64,000 nucleotides of DNA from Lingula anatina (Eukaryota > Animalia > Brachiopoda), in assembly GCA_051362555.1 (NCBI GenBank), contig CM120648.1, forward strand, positions 18,906,587 to 18,970,586. Reading direction: 5' to 3'. This document shows, in pieces, positions 13,895-28,179 of the stretch; position 1 is the stretch's first letter, and every line of letters starts with the position of its first letter. A program made the position numbers and the translations under genes. Under the pieces are notes generated by a model. That model was given only the letters and a program-made list of their open reading frames with translations. It did no database searches and had not been told where the DNA came from.

Positions 13895-14140
13895 TAAGGA
13901 CCTGACCCCCCCCCCCTTCGATTTCTGAAAAAAATCAAACCAATGGTCCCCTCTTGAAATTAGAATTTTGACTAGCTGCATCATAGTTCTAAGCCGTACC
14001 AAATGTCACCGTTTGCCCTTTGAAATACCAATTTTTTCTGGTCCCTTCAGCGGGCCCCGGACCCCACGGCAAGGGAGGGGGGTCGACACCGCATCCGCTG
14101 ACCTCCCCCCCCCCCTTCAAAAAACCCTGGATCCGCCCCT
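13895..14140 (-). repeat. Short interspersed AGGGGCGGATCC-type element, related copy at ~41110-41430
   Basis: Ends in CTGGATCCGCCCCTG. Its internal sequence matches the reverse complement of about 41270-41420. Confidence 0.6.
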
Positions 14141-14597
14141 GTCATAGCAAAAAAGTAATCTATCTAGGAATGCTCTGTTTTCAGCTTTTCAAATAAGAGC
14201 TCGTGTACATGATGAACTTTAACAACAATGATGAAAATACTATGTTCGCAGACTGGCGATGCACGGTATGCAGTGCATATGTTCGGCTCATGGCCTATTG
14301 ATTGTTATAGCAGATATATACATGAACAGCCAAACTGGCCCTCTCTTTAAGAAAGTAGAACGTTTCCATTTGATCCGCAACCTTCCAACGAAGCTTTGTG
14401 GCTCCGTGATAACTCCGTCGTCTTGGATACAAATACAGTAGACACTCACACGCGGGATCGAAGCCTAAGATTTTAAACGTAATTTTTTTTAGCTCGAAAT
14501 GATTTCTAAAAAACATGCTTTTGATTACTAAAAGATGAAACTCGTACGTATGGTGGTTGGCGGGTCAGTTACGGCGCAGTCGGTAGCGTGCTTGATT

Positions 14598-14628
<31 letters not shown>

Positions 14629-15499
14629 CATGGAAACGGCAAGTCACGAGTTCAAATCCAAGATGACGCATGTTAGTTCACCACATCAAGGAGCTGGCCC
14701 CGCAATCGAATACGACTGCAGGTTCGCGTGGTCTGAGATGTCGTTTTTGTTTCCAACTTCTTTCCCATCTCGACGCTTTTCCTAATCATAATGCCTCGCT
14801 TTAGAAGAAACGGCAGGACAGGTCAGAAAATGGCGGAAACGGCACCACAGGCCACAGGTACTACAGGCCAGTTGTTAATAGATGGCGCAGCGAGCAGTTT
14901 TTAGAGGACATTGTGTTTTCGGTGCAAAGATGAAAAAAACACTTTCGTCAGGGTTTACAATTGTATTTTTATGGATTATACAATACATTTCTATTTTTTT
15001 TTCTTTTTACCTACACAGTTTGGTAAAATGTTTTTTCTCCTTGATTAAATCGGCTTATAGAAATTTAAATTAAAATTGTTTTGAAAAAATTAATGTAATT
15101 TTGAATTTTTACAAGTGTTAATTTCTATAAACATGTATGTTCAAGCTCTATTTAAATAAAAGAGAAAAATAACAGGAATAAAAGTTTAAGCAGAGTTTCG
15201 TTTTGTTGATATCGAATAAGAATTTTAAAAAAATTATGGTAGATATTTACTGGTCGTTGATGCTGTTTCCCCTCTCTAGCTCTGACTTGAAGAGTGACAA
15301 GCCCCCGAGTGTCCAGACCCCGAGGCCCACGCTAAGGAGGCGAGGGCCATTCCCTAAAAACGCCCCCCCCCGGAAAATAACCTGTATCCGTCCCTGCGCC
15401 CCCCCCCCTTTCATGAACCCTGGATCCGCGGGGAAGGGGGGCATGAATGCCTGTCAACTCCTGCCTTCGCTTTCTATAATGATCTCTTCACCCATCTAG

Positions 15500-15729
15500 A
15501 AATCAGTTAGGCCTACATCTAGGAGCAAACGGCACAGCAGGCCAAGAAATCTTTTACGTTAATATTTTTGATACTGTCTTTTTTTCTCTGTTACAAAGAT
15601 TCGTAAAAATATTGTCTCCTAGACGTATCTGTTAAATATCCCGACTTTCCTTTCTTTTTTAAATTATATAATCTTATATAGAAATTAAAAAAATGAGTTA
15701 AGGAATTAAAGCCGAAAACCTATTGAATG

Positions 15730-15773
<44 letters not shown>

Positions 15774-16090
15774 GTGTGTGTGTTTTGCCTTATAACTCCT
15801 ACCTCCGCTGTCAAAAATAAACTCTCCAGCCGTGTGGTATCAATTATATTTGGGAGAAAAGGGCACTACAGGTCAGGACATCTGTTACATTAATATTTTT
15901 GATACTTTTTTCGCTTTAACAAAAACTTGTAAAAATTGTGTCTCCTTGACATTCTTGTATCTGTTAAATATCCCACTACAATATCCCCAAGATATACCGG
16001 TATATAATCTTATAGGCCTATAGAAATGAATTAAATGATTACCCATGATACGATAGCTTTTTGTAAGATAAGAGAGAGAAAGAGAGAAGC
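15500..16090 (+). repeat. Diverged ~340-bp tandem duplication, each unit ending in a (GA)n tract
   Basis: GGCAC..CAGG..A...TTAATATTTTTGATACT...TGTCTCC...TATCTGTTAAATATCCC occurs at about 15530 and 15862. (GA)n tracts at about 15733-15770 and 16070-16088. Confidence 0.55.
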
Positions 16091-19000
16091 GGGGCGAAAT
16101 TTTGCTGGAATTTTTGGTGAACTTGGCTTGGATGTGGTGTGAAACAATGGACATCGGACACATTTCATCGGACTTGAAGAACAAAACAAACAATCACAAA
16201 ACAGGCACGAACGTAATCTCCTCTCAATTCATCTAACACACTCACGTGGTCAAATGCACCCCAGGTCAGCCTCCCGGTTTATAGCCGCCGGTGGACCACT
16301 GGTGTAGCAGGGCCTACTGCTGGTGGTTAGCTGGTGGCAGATTGCCGTTGGTAATGTAGCTGGTGACCGGTCCACCGGTGACCCATTCGCGATTTTCTCA
16401 TCGCATTGTAAAGTGTAGATTTTTTTTTTCAAATACGCGTATGCGTATTGTAATAACGTTACCTCATTTCGGCGGAAGTGTTTTGTTTTTTTTTCCTTTG
16501 TTCACTCATTTGGGAGTGCGCAATTTCCAAGCATTTCATTGGCCTATAAAATTTACGTGACGTAGACCTACTGCACGCGACGGCTGCACGTGACGTCTGC
16601 GTCGACCACTCTACTCCGCCTGACTGCTGCCACTGGGCTTCGATTTCACTATATTTCATGTAAAATAGGTAAGCCTAATAATAATTAAATACACTGATTG
16701 ACAGATCTTTTCAATGTAGGCCTACATGAAGGAAAAATGTTGATTTATAAAACAGCTTTTTTAAAAATAAATTCTGGAAATTAGAACATTGTTATTGAGT
16801 GGAAGAAACAAAACGCGAAAGCTCCACCTACTATAGCCCTATAAGATATAGGTATGAAAAAAATTATTATAAGATTCGTATTTTGTATTTGAAAGTTTGG
16901 TATTTTTTGCCTATTGAAAAGATCGAGTCAATTAAAAGGTATACATTTTCAAAGTGTATATCTGTCATTCTTTGCTAGTGGTTACAAAATGTTGAATTTG
17001 ACCGAAAATTTCAAACTTTCTCTGGGAAGCTGTAATTTTGCGATGTGATAGCTACACCATCACAGTTTATCATTTCATAAAAAGGGAAACAGCAGCTGCC
17101 CTTTTTAGGGCACACAGGAGAGTTGAACAGCTATACCCACCAAATCCAAGAACGTTACCCTGGGTAATATATTTTGCACAAACTAATGAAAGTCTAATGG
17201 AATGTTTTCAGTTTTAGTTTAAATCATAAGGGGGTGTTGTCTCAATGCTTCAAAACTGGTTTTGAAGAATTTAATCCACATTTCATAATTAATAAAAATG
17301 GTGAATATGTGGGTCACGGTAACGTTATTGATGCAGGTACAAAAACTTTTTATAATCATGTAAATAATAACAATATTTTTGCTATTATCCATACACACTT
17401 CATTCATGAGGGGCACACCACTTTCACATGCTTTTAAAATGGAATTGACAAACACAGAGGAATAATGCACATATTTTATTTACTGTAACTCTGTCATATG
17501 GGACACACACTGAACAAAGTTGATCTAAAGAATGTTCCAGATTGTAGTTTTTTATCAGAAATATTATTTTTTTATTATTATTTTAACACAATAAAGTTCA
17601 GTTAAATACAAAATTTAACAAAATGAAGTTCAGTGTAACACAAAGTTCATAATTATAACATTCTTCCTGACATATGTAGACCAATGGTGATATCTGTTCT
17701 GTGCTCACTAAGGCATCCACTCTTGGGATTCTGAAAAAAAATCACACAAAGAATCTGTTAACTCTGATAACGAACAATGGATAACCTAAGATCACAAATA
17801 GTTTATTGCTTATTCAAACAAAGTACAGTGCATTATGAGTGGCAAACACGCATTACTGAGACACATTTTCTTCACCCATTTTCGGTGCTTCATTGCGTAA
17901 CGTAAGTGTTGCTAGTAATCCATTATTGCTGTTTTTACAGACGGTTAAATTTTAAACGCACGGAATACAGTGTAGCAGCTTAATTTAAGACAAAACTAAA
18001 AAAAGTAATTCAATTTCGATGATTGAGTTTTCGAGAACAAGAGAACATGAATACGGTATCACCGCGTCACCATGTTCAATATGATCTTTAGTCCCCCATG
18101 TGAAACAGACGCAAAACGAAAGTTCAGACGAAGTCACCCTACTTATAGAATGGTAAAAATCAATCGGTACACAAATATGTTGAAACAATTGAAGAAAAAT
18201 GAAACGAAACTCATTATTTCTCACCTTCATACAAAGAAGATCCCAATAAACAATCCTGTGACGGTTAAATCGAGGGAATTACACCTGTGCCCTGCATCCT
18301 ATCTCGACAGCATCAGTGCGTAACATGTTATCAGAATGGGCCACCCGCCAGTTTGAGCTGGCTTTTTTAGTGTGTAAAAGAAGCCATTCGTGTGTAGAAC
18401 TTATCAGTTAGTGAGTATGGAAGAAGATCGCTATCGATGTATAATTTTCACGCGGCATTTTAAAGTCGTCTGATAAGAATCGATCTCTGAAGTTTCAGCG
18501 TTGCGAACGTAATATTGGGACGCAGTGAAGAAATATCGACCTTGCTGAGCAATAAATGTGAAATTCTTAAGAAAACTGATATTATCATGGATTTCGTGAC
18601 ACAAACTAACCGAAATACTACTTTGGACGATTGAACAGTTTTAATACGGAAAGATAGGATTAGATGAAATTTTCATCGGGGTGGGACACCGCATGTATCG
18701 TAAGTTAAGCTAATTTTGTGATCATTTTTCAGTGACTTCAAATAAATTTTTATTTAAATAACCATTTGCACATTCTGTTTATTATATCTTCTTGCAGTAG
18801 GTGTATTCCCTGCTTCAATAATTCATTCAAACCCTAAACAAACTGTTCCTAAATAGAGGTAGGGTCGAAATTCCACAAAAAAAGGCGCCATTTTGAGGGT
18901 AATTTCGATATATTTTCTGCTTTTTCTCTTCTTTTGCTTTTATAACAATATCCTCCTTGCTCATGCAGCTTCTTTGATTTGTTATTGAAACATACACAAC

Positions 19001-19603
19001 GATGTCATGAGAATTTGGTCGGCTATCTAAATTGAAATAACATTCTTGTTATGGTCCCCCCGCAGTGCACCACTAGCAAAGAATGACTGATATATTTTTA
19101 AAAAATAAAAATGTGGTGTATCAGTGTGTTATGAAGGGTTTTCTGTGGCTTTTATTTACGTAAAATTCAATTTAATAAGAATTAAAATGGAAAAGACCCA
19201 TAATAGATTTATGCATGATATTGATAACAATTGGAAAAAGTAAAGTTTGTATCTTAAAATAAACCTTGGAATATAACCAGTGAACATTGGTCCTTTTTCT
19301 TTTGTGGTCCTGCCTAGCTAAATATTATTATTAAAATATCGGCAAAACGTCTGACATATGTGATGACTTGAAAACTGCGCTGCACTCTAACGAGACGGAA
19401 GAGACTATAATTACTCACTCAATTTGGTAGTTGTGACCGCCACTTTTATTTCTTATTTCAATTTAATTTCAATTTATTAAACCTTTGACCCCAACGGCAC
19501 ATCAGAATGAAATACAGTGACATTATAAAGTCATATCAACGAACTACCACTACAACAAAAACTACTACTGATACAAATAATAATAACAATAATTTTAATC
19601 TTA

Positions 19604-19817
19604 CACCCCATTTCCAGAGATTAGATCGATCTACTTTAGATCGACCTAACTCCCTGGGGGTTCACGCTAAATAGCTGTCAGCCGGACGGACACGAAAGTT
19701 AATTACATCCTTACAGCTTGTAGTAGGCGGGACGGACATTTAAGCCGGATTATCTGAGAGTAATCTAGTGAGACTCCCCGCGGGAATAGATCGATCTAAA
19801 GCTCTGGGAATAGAGCC
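19604..19817 (-). mobile_element. PIF/Harbinger-like MITE (copy B)
   Basis: TTA TSD on both sides; reverse complement of 5441-5655. Confidence 0.75.
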
Positions 19818-21199
19818 TTAGCTCCGATGCACATTGTAAGTATTTCCCGAAGTTGTTTAATTATGACACATTGTTAAGCGATAATAATTTAATAAGGTCG
19901 CGCGTCAAGGTTATTTTCAGTTGCACCCTGGATTACGCACGCTTGCTCCGCAAGGTGTCGCCTGTGGTCGGGGGGCATCACAGCCCATATGGTTACTGTG
20001 GTGAAGGTGACAGGTACTTCCAAACATTTTTTCATAACTGTCATTTTTCCTTATTCTATTCATGAATTTGATATTTACGGCAATTAAAAATGTGACACCG
20101 GCAAAAGTGAATCTAGGTGCGTTGACAGGCCGCACAGGTGTCCCCAATTAACCGCCGCCAGAGAAGAGACCCCAAGCATTAAACAACACAACCGGTAGAT
20201 ATTGGAAATTTGGAGAAAGTTAAGCAACTGAGGCTTTATTAGATTTGGACAGAAATCGGGGGTAATGCCTAGTGACATGCCAAACCCCTAAGTTCAAGTC
20301 TTGGCCCTTGACACCTGTAACGCACCCCTTAGTCAAGAATCTGAACAAATCAATGTTGGGCAGGTACAGGGTATACTCTATTTTCTACAGGTGTTTTGTG
20401 ATTTTATCAACTTGATTGTCAAGTGCCAGACCTTTTGTTCTCAGGTACTAGTAGCAAACTTTATCAGATAACAATCTGACACTAACCAAGCTGCACTAAC
20501 AGCGCTGTAAACCCAGTTATCAATGCTGTCATCTTTACCTGTATCTTTACCGGTATTATGCCAGTGGTACGTTTGATACATTTGAGTAAGGAAATATGCT
20601 TTTATGCTTACATTCATTTGTAATACGTTAGCATCAACCTGTTAATAAAAACTTGGAAACATTCAATGTTATTACACAATAACAGTATAATGATGGGAGA
20701 TGTTATGATTAAATGCTTAGAAGAATAATAAAAACAAATTATGTGAAATATAAAATGAATTGATTTTATTTGGGTTATTTGTTTATTTATTTCAAACCAA
20801 TTAATTATCAAACATGAAGCTTATTTTAAGAAACATTCGCAGATATATGAAATAAAACCCTGCTGGTACACAGATCTACAGTTCTAAAATGCAAATACCA
20901 AGTACCTTTCACACACCACTGATGAGATGTAAATAATCATATGTATAAAGTAGTAAAAATATCACAAAATGTGTGTAAGCAAGATATTTCTACAAGTAAC
21001 CTCATTAATCAGTCAGGAAACTTCATAATGCACCCAATAAATGTAGAAATTTGAGCCAGAGAAATTCTACATACAGGCATGACAGATTTACCATATATTG
21101 CCATCAACCCTTAACTGAATGGGCATAGAAAGAACAAAGTGAGTCTCCCTCCCATTATAAATGAGAAATAAAAATAAATAAATAAATAAATAACAGATA

Positions 21200-21480
21200 C
21201 TGTCATTCTTAATACTGAAAAACAATGGCACCTTGCAGCCTTCACTGCCTCACTATTTGCAGACAATGTTCTAGTCACTGTAACTGTGTACTTTTGATGA
21301 GGCATAGATGCAAGAATGACTTCTTTGAAGTATATTGTGAAGGTCTCTTTTGTCATAAATCTGCCACGTATAACCTGAATGTACATATTGCGATTCACAC
21401 CGCAGCTAAGGACTCAACCAGTTTGAAAACTTGTGGCATAGCTTCAGGGACAAGATCACACCATCTATCCTTGCTGTGAT
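21200..21480 (-). pseudogene. Possible SWIM-zinc-finger-type remnant, probably transposon-derived
   Basis: Minus-strand peptide ...VILASMPHQKYTVTVTRTLSANSEAVKAARCHC resembles the ASxxxxxYxVxV...AxCxC lead-in to SWIM fingers. It is truncated before the CxH. Confidence 0.3.
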
Positions 21481-22516
21481 GATGGATCTACTAGTACATT
21501 ATCTATGTCTTGTCCTCCTAGTTTCTCTAATACCATTTCCCCTGATCTATGCTCACATCAATCTCTACAGCTTTACCAACTGCTACACAGTTTTTACATC
21601 TGAAAGTATAAAGCAAAAATTGTACTAAAGCACCATCAATTTACTTGTTAGATATTGATTCGAGGGCAAGAGAAAAATGCAGAAACCTCATATCATAATC
21701 AAGATAATTGAAAATCAAATATGCATAATCAAATTAATAGCTTTAATTGTACATACTACTGATGATAAAATCTTTTAAACTTCAGCATAAATTTCTCTTG
21801 TTAAAGCATAGACACTTTATTAAAATGTGCTTGAACAAATAATAATAATAATAAACAACCTGCACACAAGATGGAACATGGAGGTCAATTGCCACAAAAT
21901 AAGTTGATTTGTACTTGGTAGCCTGAGAAATAGTATCAGGTATTAATTTGAGCAGTAAATTGAGTAATAATACCACAGAGTTAACAATGACACAAGCATA
22001 TGGTGTTGTGTAACAAAATTCATGTATTACATGTACTTGCTGTGGCAGTGTCCTCCCCAACCTATCGTGCACCGCAGGTTTTGATTTTCAATGTCATCAA
22101 AAATGTTTATTGTTGTTAGTTTGATTTACGTATCTGCTATTCAAATAATATCGTTTGGAAAATAACTAACTGATTTAATTATGCTTTTGCAACATGAAAT
22201 CATCATAAACTTTGCCGGTTCACGTGTATACAGTACCTTGCTATCAGTGCTGCTCTTTTCTCCCTAACTCGTCACTGACAGGCTAACCACATCGTTTCAA
22301 AACAACGTTGGTATGCTCCTTTACTTTTGGTGTTGGCAGTTTCGCCCCGGGGACATCGTTTTTGGTTAAAAACAACGTATCGTTTTCACCCATCTACATG
22401 TATACACTGCTCCTGTACAAAATGGCCGCTTGCTGCCCCCCCAAGGGAAAAATCGTAGCACGTGGGTAGTTACGCAAGACCTGTGACGTATGAAGACTGC
22501 GAGCTTTTTGACCTTT

Positions 22517-22565
<49 letters not shown>

Positions 22566-22708
22566 TATGTAGGCCCTATTATATGAAGCCAGGGATGTTC
22601 TCTTGAAGTAGTATTTATTTCAAAACATTTACACAACACGGTCTCCTCTGCATTCACAGCAGCGAGGAGGCCCGGCTTGTTAAAATTCTCAAGAGACTCT
22701 CTTAAATT

Positions 22709-22759
<51 letters not shown>

Positions 22760-23067
22760 ACAACCCTCGCTGAGATAAATTACTACTTACAGTATTTTTT
22801 ATTCAGGTTAACTGAAAATTATAAAGATGGTGAAGTAGCCATTCCTACGAATCATGTAGAAAGGTGATGAATAGAAAATATATGGAAAATTGGTCGTTTA
22901 TAACTGACCAATATCTGAAGAGATATTACAGTTTACATTCAAGTTGTTTTGTGTTCTGACCACCAATATCTGACATATGCATATTTGTAATGTTAAGATT
23001 TTTCATGTTTTTAAAAAGGCAATTCGGTGTTAATTAAATTAAGACTAGCCATATGGAAGTGCACATG

Positions 23068-24024
23068 TGTAATGAACCTTTTACATATGCCTATGACGAA
23101 TGTCCTAAACTTATATAATTTTGTACGCTTAATTCAAGCGTGGGCTCGGAATAGGACATTACGTTTTCGTCTAACTTAGTGGATAACGCGATCCAAAGAC
23201 TCCACAGTTCGTGTCAGATTTACGTAAGGTCACTCAAAGAAAACCCAAGTCCACATAATGATCAGTTAAATGATTTATTCGTTGACGCTAGGTAACTACA
23301 TATTCTAAATGAAGCCTGCAACTCTTAACTCGTCAGCTCCGTACTCCGTCGCTTCCAATCTCCTTCTCCGCTGCTTCCTTCTACGTGTCTCCCTCAATCT
23401 CCCCGTTCAAATCTCATCACTTACTTTAAATACTATTTTGTTATCTTTACATGGATCCAGTGCTGCACTAGTATGAGATTTACGTCAAACCTAAATACCT
23501 TTAATTGTGAAGTTAATTTCTTTACCTCGGCGTTATACAAAGAGGCAACCACATTACTTAATAACTATTGGACTAATATAACACATTACGTCATATGACT
23601 TCGTGTTAAGGTCCACTAAATGCATGTGATGAAATCACTCATTTACATATTATGTTTATACAATCAGGCAGCATATTATCATTCACCTTGCTTCAGTCTT
23701 GAATGAATATTTATCATCCTCTGTATTGGCATACCTGATAAGTACAACTGATATAACTTTCTCTCACTTGTTATCTATTGCATTGCAATTAGTATTTAAA
23801 TGAGTTGCTGCCACTGTGGCATGCAGATAGATTCCCTGTAGATAATGTGTATAAATGCTGAATGCTTGGACTTAATAAAGGACTTTTAGACTTGGAACTG
23901 AATATGTGAGTCTGTGGTTATATTCCCTCTCCCATGTATCAGTGACAGGTAAAATATTAGAAGAACCTGGGTAGGGTGGAACATGGACCCCTACATTCGT
24001 ACGATCTTTATGTCGGACCCGACA
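23068..24024 (-). mobile_element. Solo LTR (Gypsy-like)
   Basis: TGT...ACA termini with a 4-bp TSD CATG (23064-23067 and 24025-24028). Minus-strand AATAAA near 23274. Confidence 0.7.
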
Positions 24025-24124
24025 CATGGTGCATTTTGTGCATTTTGGTAGTCATTTTAAGGTATTTTCATTAATTCCAATCTGATTTCTTTACCGATAA
24101 ATTATTCTTATTATGGTTTTCAGA

Positions 24125-25113
24125 TAACGTTTCATCTTCACCACCCTCCTGCAGATTAAAGCTATGCTGAAGAATAACACTATTGTTCTTACAAGGTTAG
24201 AGCAAAAATTGAAATAGAACAGAAGTCCTGATGACAATATTGTCTTAATTGACGAGTTTGCATTTCCTATGGAGACAAGGGAAGATGTGGCAAGGGTTGA
24301 AAACATACTTAAAGATAAGCATAATGAAATTACTGGTAAGTTAAAAAAATAATAGTATGATAAAAATTAATGTAGTGATTGTTGTGCTGAAGCTACATAT
24401 GGAATAAATAATAAGTTGATTTTTAAAATAGTGGTTATTTTATAAATGATTAAAAAAACATTTTAATCTGAACACTTATCATTTGTTGTATGTATATATA
24501 TAAATGTGCTTTACTTATTAAGAATATTTATATTTATTTCAAAGGTCAAACCACCTTGTCACACTGGGAGGGTTTTCCTCCAAGGAAATGGTACAGTGTA
24601 GATAGGATCATGTCTACTATTTTTAAAACTAACACATTGCATGTCAGTGTAACTGTATTGGGAAGTGCGGAAAGGTTGCACTAAAAAACCTGGCCCTTAC
24701 AAAAGCAATGGAATGTTTGCATTTCGTAATGATCAAATAATGTTTGCTCAGATATATTTTTACATATTAATTGTATTATAATGATCCTGAAGTAAAGTTA
24801 CAGTTCAAAATGTAAAGGTTGTTTCTTCTGAACAACTTTGTCTTTTTATGCTTTTTACATATATTCTCTTAAGGATAAACGCATATCAACCTATTTCTGT
24901 CCTTTGATGAGACCATTCCGTTTTGTAACTCCTGTTTGAACCATTTTTGTTTACTGTCCAATTTAGCACTGTTAAGATAGGAGGATTAAGTTAAGTTTTT
25001 TATATTTTCACAGATGCAGGTAGATCGAGAGCTACGGAGGCTGAATAAGACATGCATCAAATTGTGGCTCAAAAATGCGCATGACAGGGATGGCGGCAGA
25101 AAATTGAGGTAAA
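24125..25113 (+). pseudogene. Three-exon DUF4806-like pseudogene (accessory ORF typical of animal CACTA/EnSpm elements)
   Basis: Frameshifted pieces FAFPMETREDVARVENILKD | V.HLVTLGG...VDRIMSTIFKTN...NCIGKCGKVALKNLAL | ATEAE..CIKLWLKNAHDRDGGRKLR*, separated by GT-AG boundaries. Confidence 0.6.
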
Positions 25114-25259
25114 TCAAAACAAGGAAAAAAGGAGGTAAATAAACACACTGGACAAAAGAAGTGTCACCCCCTGCAGAGTAATGAAAGTTATAATGCCTGG
25201 GTCTACTCCTAATATGACTATTGAGTATAAAACCGCTGTACTATGGAATTGTAGGCCTA

Positions 25260-25293
<34 letters not shown>

Positions 25294-25629
25294 GTGAATT
25301 TTGATGTTTATAAAATGATACCAGGAGCATATCATTCCAGAGTCATTTATCTCCCCCAAAGTATTGGTTCACTTCTATTGTCCAGTGTGTGTAACAAAAA
25401 AAAAATAAAATAAATAAAATAAATAAATAAATAAATAAATAAATAAAGAAAAATAAAAGAAAAATAAATCAAAATAAAATAAAATAAAAAAACACTGTTA
25501 CAGGTGATAATTGTGATGAGAAATATTAGTTTTACGCATATCTATTTTATCTGATGTTAAATTATTATTTTCCAGTTACATTTGTACGTTATTTCTTTTG
25601 CGCGTCTATAGTTTTGCTATTAAAAAAAT

Positions 25630-25702
25630 ACCGGAAGTCGTGTTGCGCAAAGGATTATGGTCTATATGAATGAGGCGCCATTTTGTTCAACAACCAGGAA
25701 GT
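25630..25702 (+). promoter_or_regulatory. Candidate promoter of the NHL-Roco-caspase gene
   Basis: Cluster of ETS-type ACCGGAAGT (25630-25638), palindromic TTGCGCAA (25643-25650, C/EBP-like), YY1-type GCGCCATTTT (25675-25684) and a second ETS core CAGGAAGT (25695-25702), about 200 bp upstream of the ATG at 25884. Confidence 0.5.
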
Positions 25703-25883
25703 AACAGGACGGAGATTGTGGGATAATGTTGAACATATTTGACAAAGAAAGAGATATGATCTGACCGACTTGTAGGTATATGGAGCAAGTGTTTATGTTA
25801 CTGTGATCTCCAAGCTGCAGCACCAGAAGTGAACATAAAGTTTAGCAATCGCTGACAGAAATATTACAGGATCTACTGTCGGA

Positions 25884-26817
25884 ATGGAAGCCATGTTAGG
25901 GCAGTCTAGACGAGGTGTAAATCCAAGATCAGGACAGGTGACAGTACAGACACAACCTCCATTAGCTGAACAGGAAACAAATACAACATCAGCTACACAT
26001 CCTAATGTTTTCTTAGAGAAAGCAGAATGTGTGCGTTCCTTCAGTGCTAAACTGGAAGATGATAGAGAAATAACTGGCATAACTGGGTTAGCCATAGATA
26101 AGGAACACATGTTTGTTGTGGATGATGAAAACAACAGAACAAAAGTATTCACACATGAAGGACAATTTAAGTTTGACATTAAAGTAAACAAACCATATGA
26201 TGTGGCTGTGTCACAGACTGGTCACCTGTATATAACATCACTGGGTGACAGATGTGTCCAAGTGTACTCCACCAGAGGTCAGCAGGTGACAACCATGGGT
26301 CAGGGTATACTGGAGGAACCACAGGGTATTACACTGAACAGACAAGGTCATGTGATGGTTTGTGACAGTAGAAAGAAGTCCATCTTCACATTTCATGCAG
26401 ACAGTGGACAGCTCCTGAACACTATTCCACTCAGTATGTGTGAATTACCAGAGTACATCACAGTGAACACTGTGAATGATAACATTGTGATATCAGACAT
26501 GTGGAGACACTGTGTACATGTGCTGTCACCTACTGGTGATCATCTGTACAAGTATGACTGCAGCAGAGAAGGCAGTGAACTGAGTTTACCATATGGAGTG
26601 TGCACAGACAGCTATGGTCACATCTTCATTGCTGACAGTTGGAACCACAGGATAGTGGCACTGAGTCCACAGGGACAGTTTATCAGATACATTGTCACTA
26701 AGGATGATGGGTTGAAGTATCCCAGGGCAGTAGTCATCAACCCTGCTACTGGTCAACTGGTGGTGGGAGACACAGGGGGCAATGTTAAGACATTCACGTA
26801 CATTGAACTGAAACAAG
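25884..26817 (+). CDS. Exon 1 (putative): TRIM2/3-like NHL-repeat beta-propeller lacking RING/B-box
   Basis: About six NHL repeats (PYDVAVSQTGHLYIT, PQGITLNRQGHVMVCD, PYGVCTDSYGHIFIADSWNHRI). Ends in a consensus phase-1 donor CAAG|GTGAGT; if unspliced, the ORF stops at 26825 (313 aa). Confidence 0.9.
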
Positions 26818-27812
26818 GTGAGTAACATGTATTAACTGTGGATAGATATGATTATTATGTAAATATTTGAAAGTTAATTAGTCTTACAATGTTTTTATCC
26901 ATGAATATGTTTGCCTTTATTTCAATAAAAAAACTTTTAAGCATATTTTAATTCAGTAAGCACACAGCTGTGCTTTAGTAAAAATGTATGTAGAGTGGAG
27001 ACATTTTCTATTGTTAATACTTTACTGTTACTGACAAATTTCCATGAACCCATTAGTGATTAGGATTTTGAATAAGGATAAAGAACTCTTTTTAATGGAA
27101 TTTATAGTATGCTTTATTTGTATTTTTATTAAGTCACAAGAAAAACATCTTACATTGTTTAATCCCTGAACTTCTTGTCCATTTGTCAGTGAAGAACAAC
27201 TCAAGTCTCACAACAGAACAGTCCAGTTCTTCATATTCTTCATCTTGTAGCTGTTCATGAAAGCTTAGATATACCTAAATTCTCAAATGTACTTTGTCAA
27301 GTTTCTTGATGTCTTACCACTTCTAGATTCAAAGACATTTCATCACCAGTTTGTTGTTAACACACACAAATAAATTAAATGTTGAAGTACTTTGGATGAT
27401 ACCTTATTTTCCTGACTTTGTGGATTGCAAATAAAACTAGCAGACGACCATTTTTCATGAAATGGAACTACTTTTCACAGGAAGTAGTGTATTCATACAC
27501 AACAGTGACCTTGGGTTTGGAATACAAAAAAATAGTACATGTATTCATACTGTCACAGCATGCAAATTATAATGAAATATACAAAACTAAAAACATTTTT
27601 ATGTAACACAAAAAGTTAAATGCATTTTATTTATTTATATATATTATATATATATATATATATTATTATTATTATTATTATTATTATACTGGATAAAAAT
27701 GTTGATGAAATGGTTTTGACCACCTTTTTGGAACTTTTAAACTGCTTGCTGATGGACCCACATATTTATGTCATACACACTAAACATAGATGAGAAAGAA
27801 TATATCACGATG

Positions 27813-27880
<68 letters not shown>

Positions 27881-28179
27881 ATGCCTAATATGTATGCACT
27901 ACAGGTTCAATTCCAAATGTTATTCTTAAAAACCATATACTAGTAAATAAAAACGATTTCTTAGAATGCTTGAAAGTGAAATTTTCTGAGTATGATTTAT
28001 TTCAAACAGAACAACTTTATGGCTGTTGACACTTCTGGATTGTCTGATTATATAGCCAAAATAATCCATAAAGCATTCTGCTATAGGAATAAATAACAAA
28101 TCATAAATAAACATCAATGCTGTCATATCATACACAATACAAGAAAAGCATATGTCTACATGCAAATGTACAGTGTGTA

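Noticed and set aside
17220-17437. Coding-looking fragment GEYVGHGNVIDAGTKTFYNHV
   Set aside because: Short, no recognisable family and no connectable exons; probably transposon debris.
22519-22760. (CA)n, (TAAA)n and similar microsatellites, also (TA)n near 27815-27880
   Set aside because: Ordinary simple repeats for an AT-rich animal genome.
23769-23947. Small TG...CA segment with TATA and AATAAA inside the solo LTR, as a second nested LTR
   Set aside because: No target-site duplication at its flanks.
25793-26828. Minus-strand ORFs overlapping the NHL exon, and similar ones at 45352-45741, 52110-52400 and 61468-61752
   Set aside because: Antisense shadows of real coding exons, with no motifs of their own.
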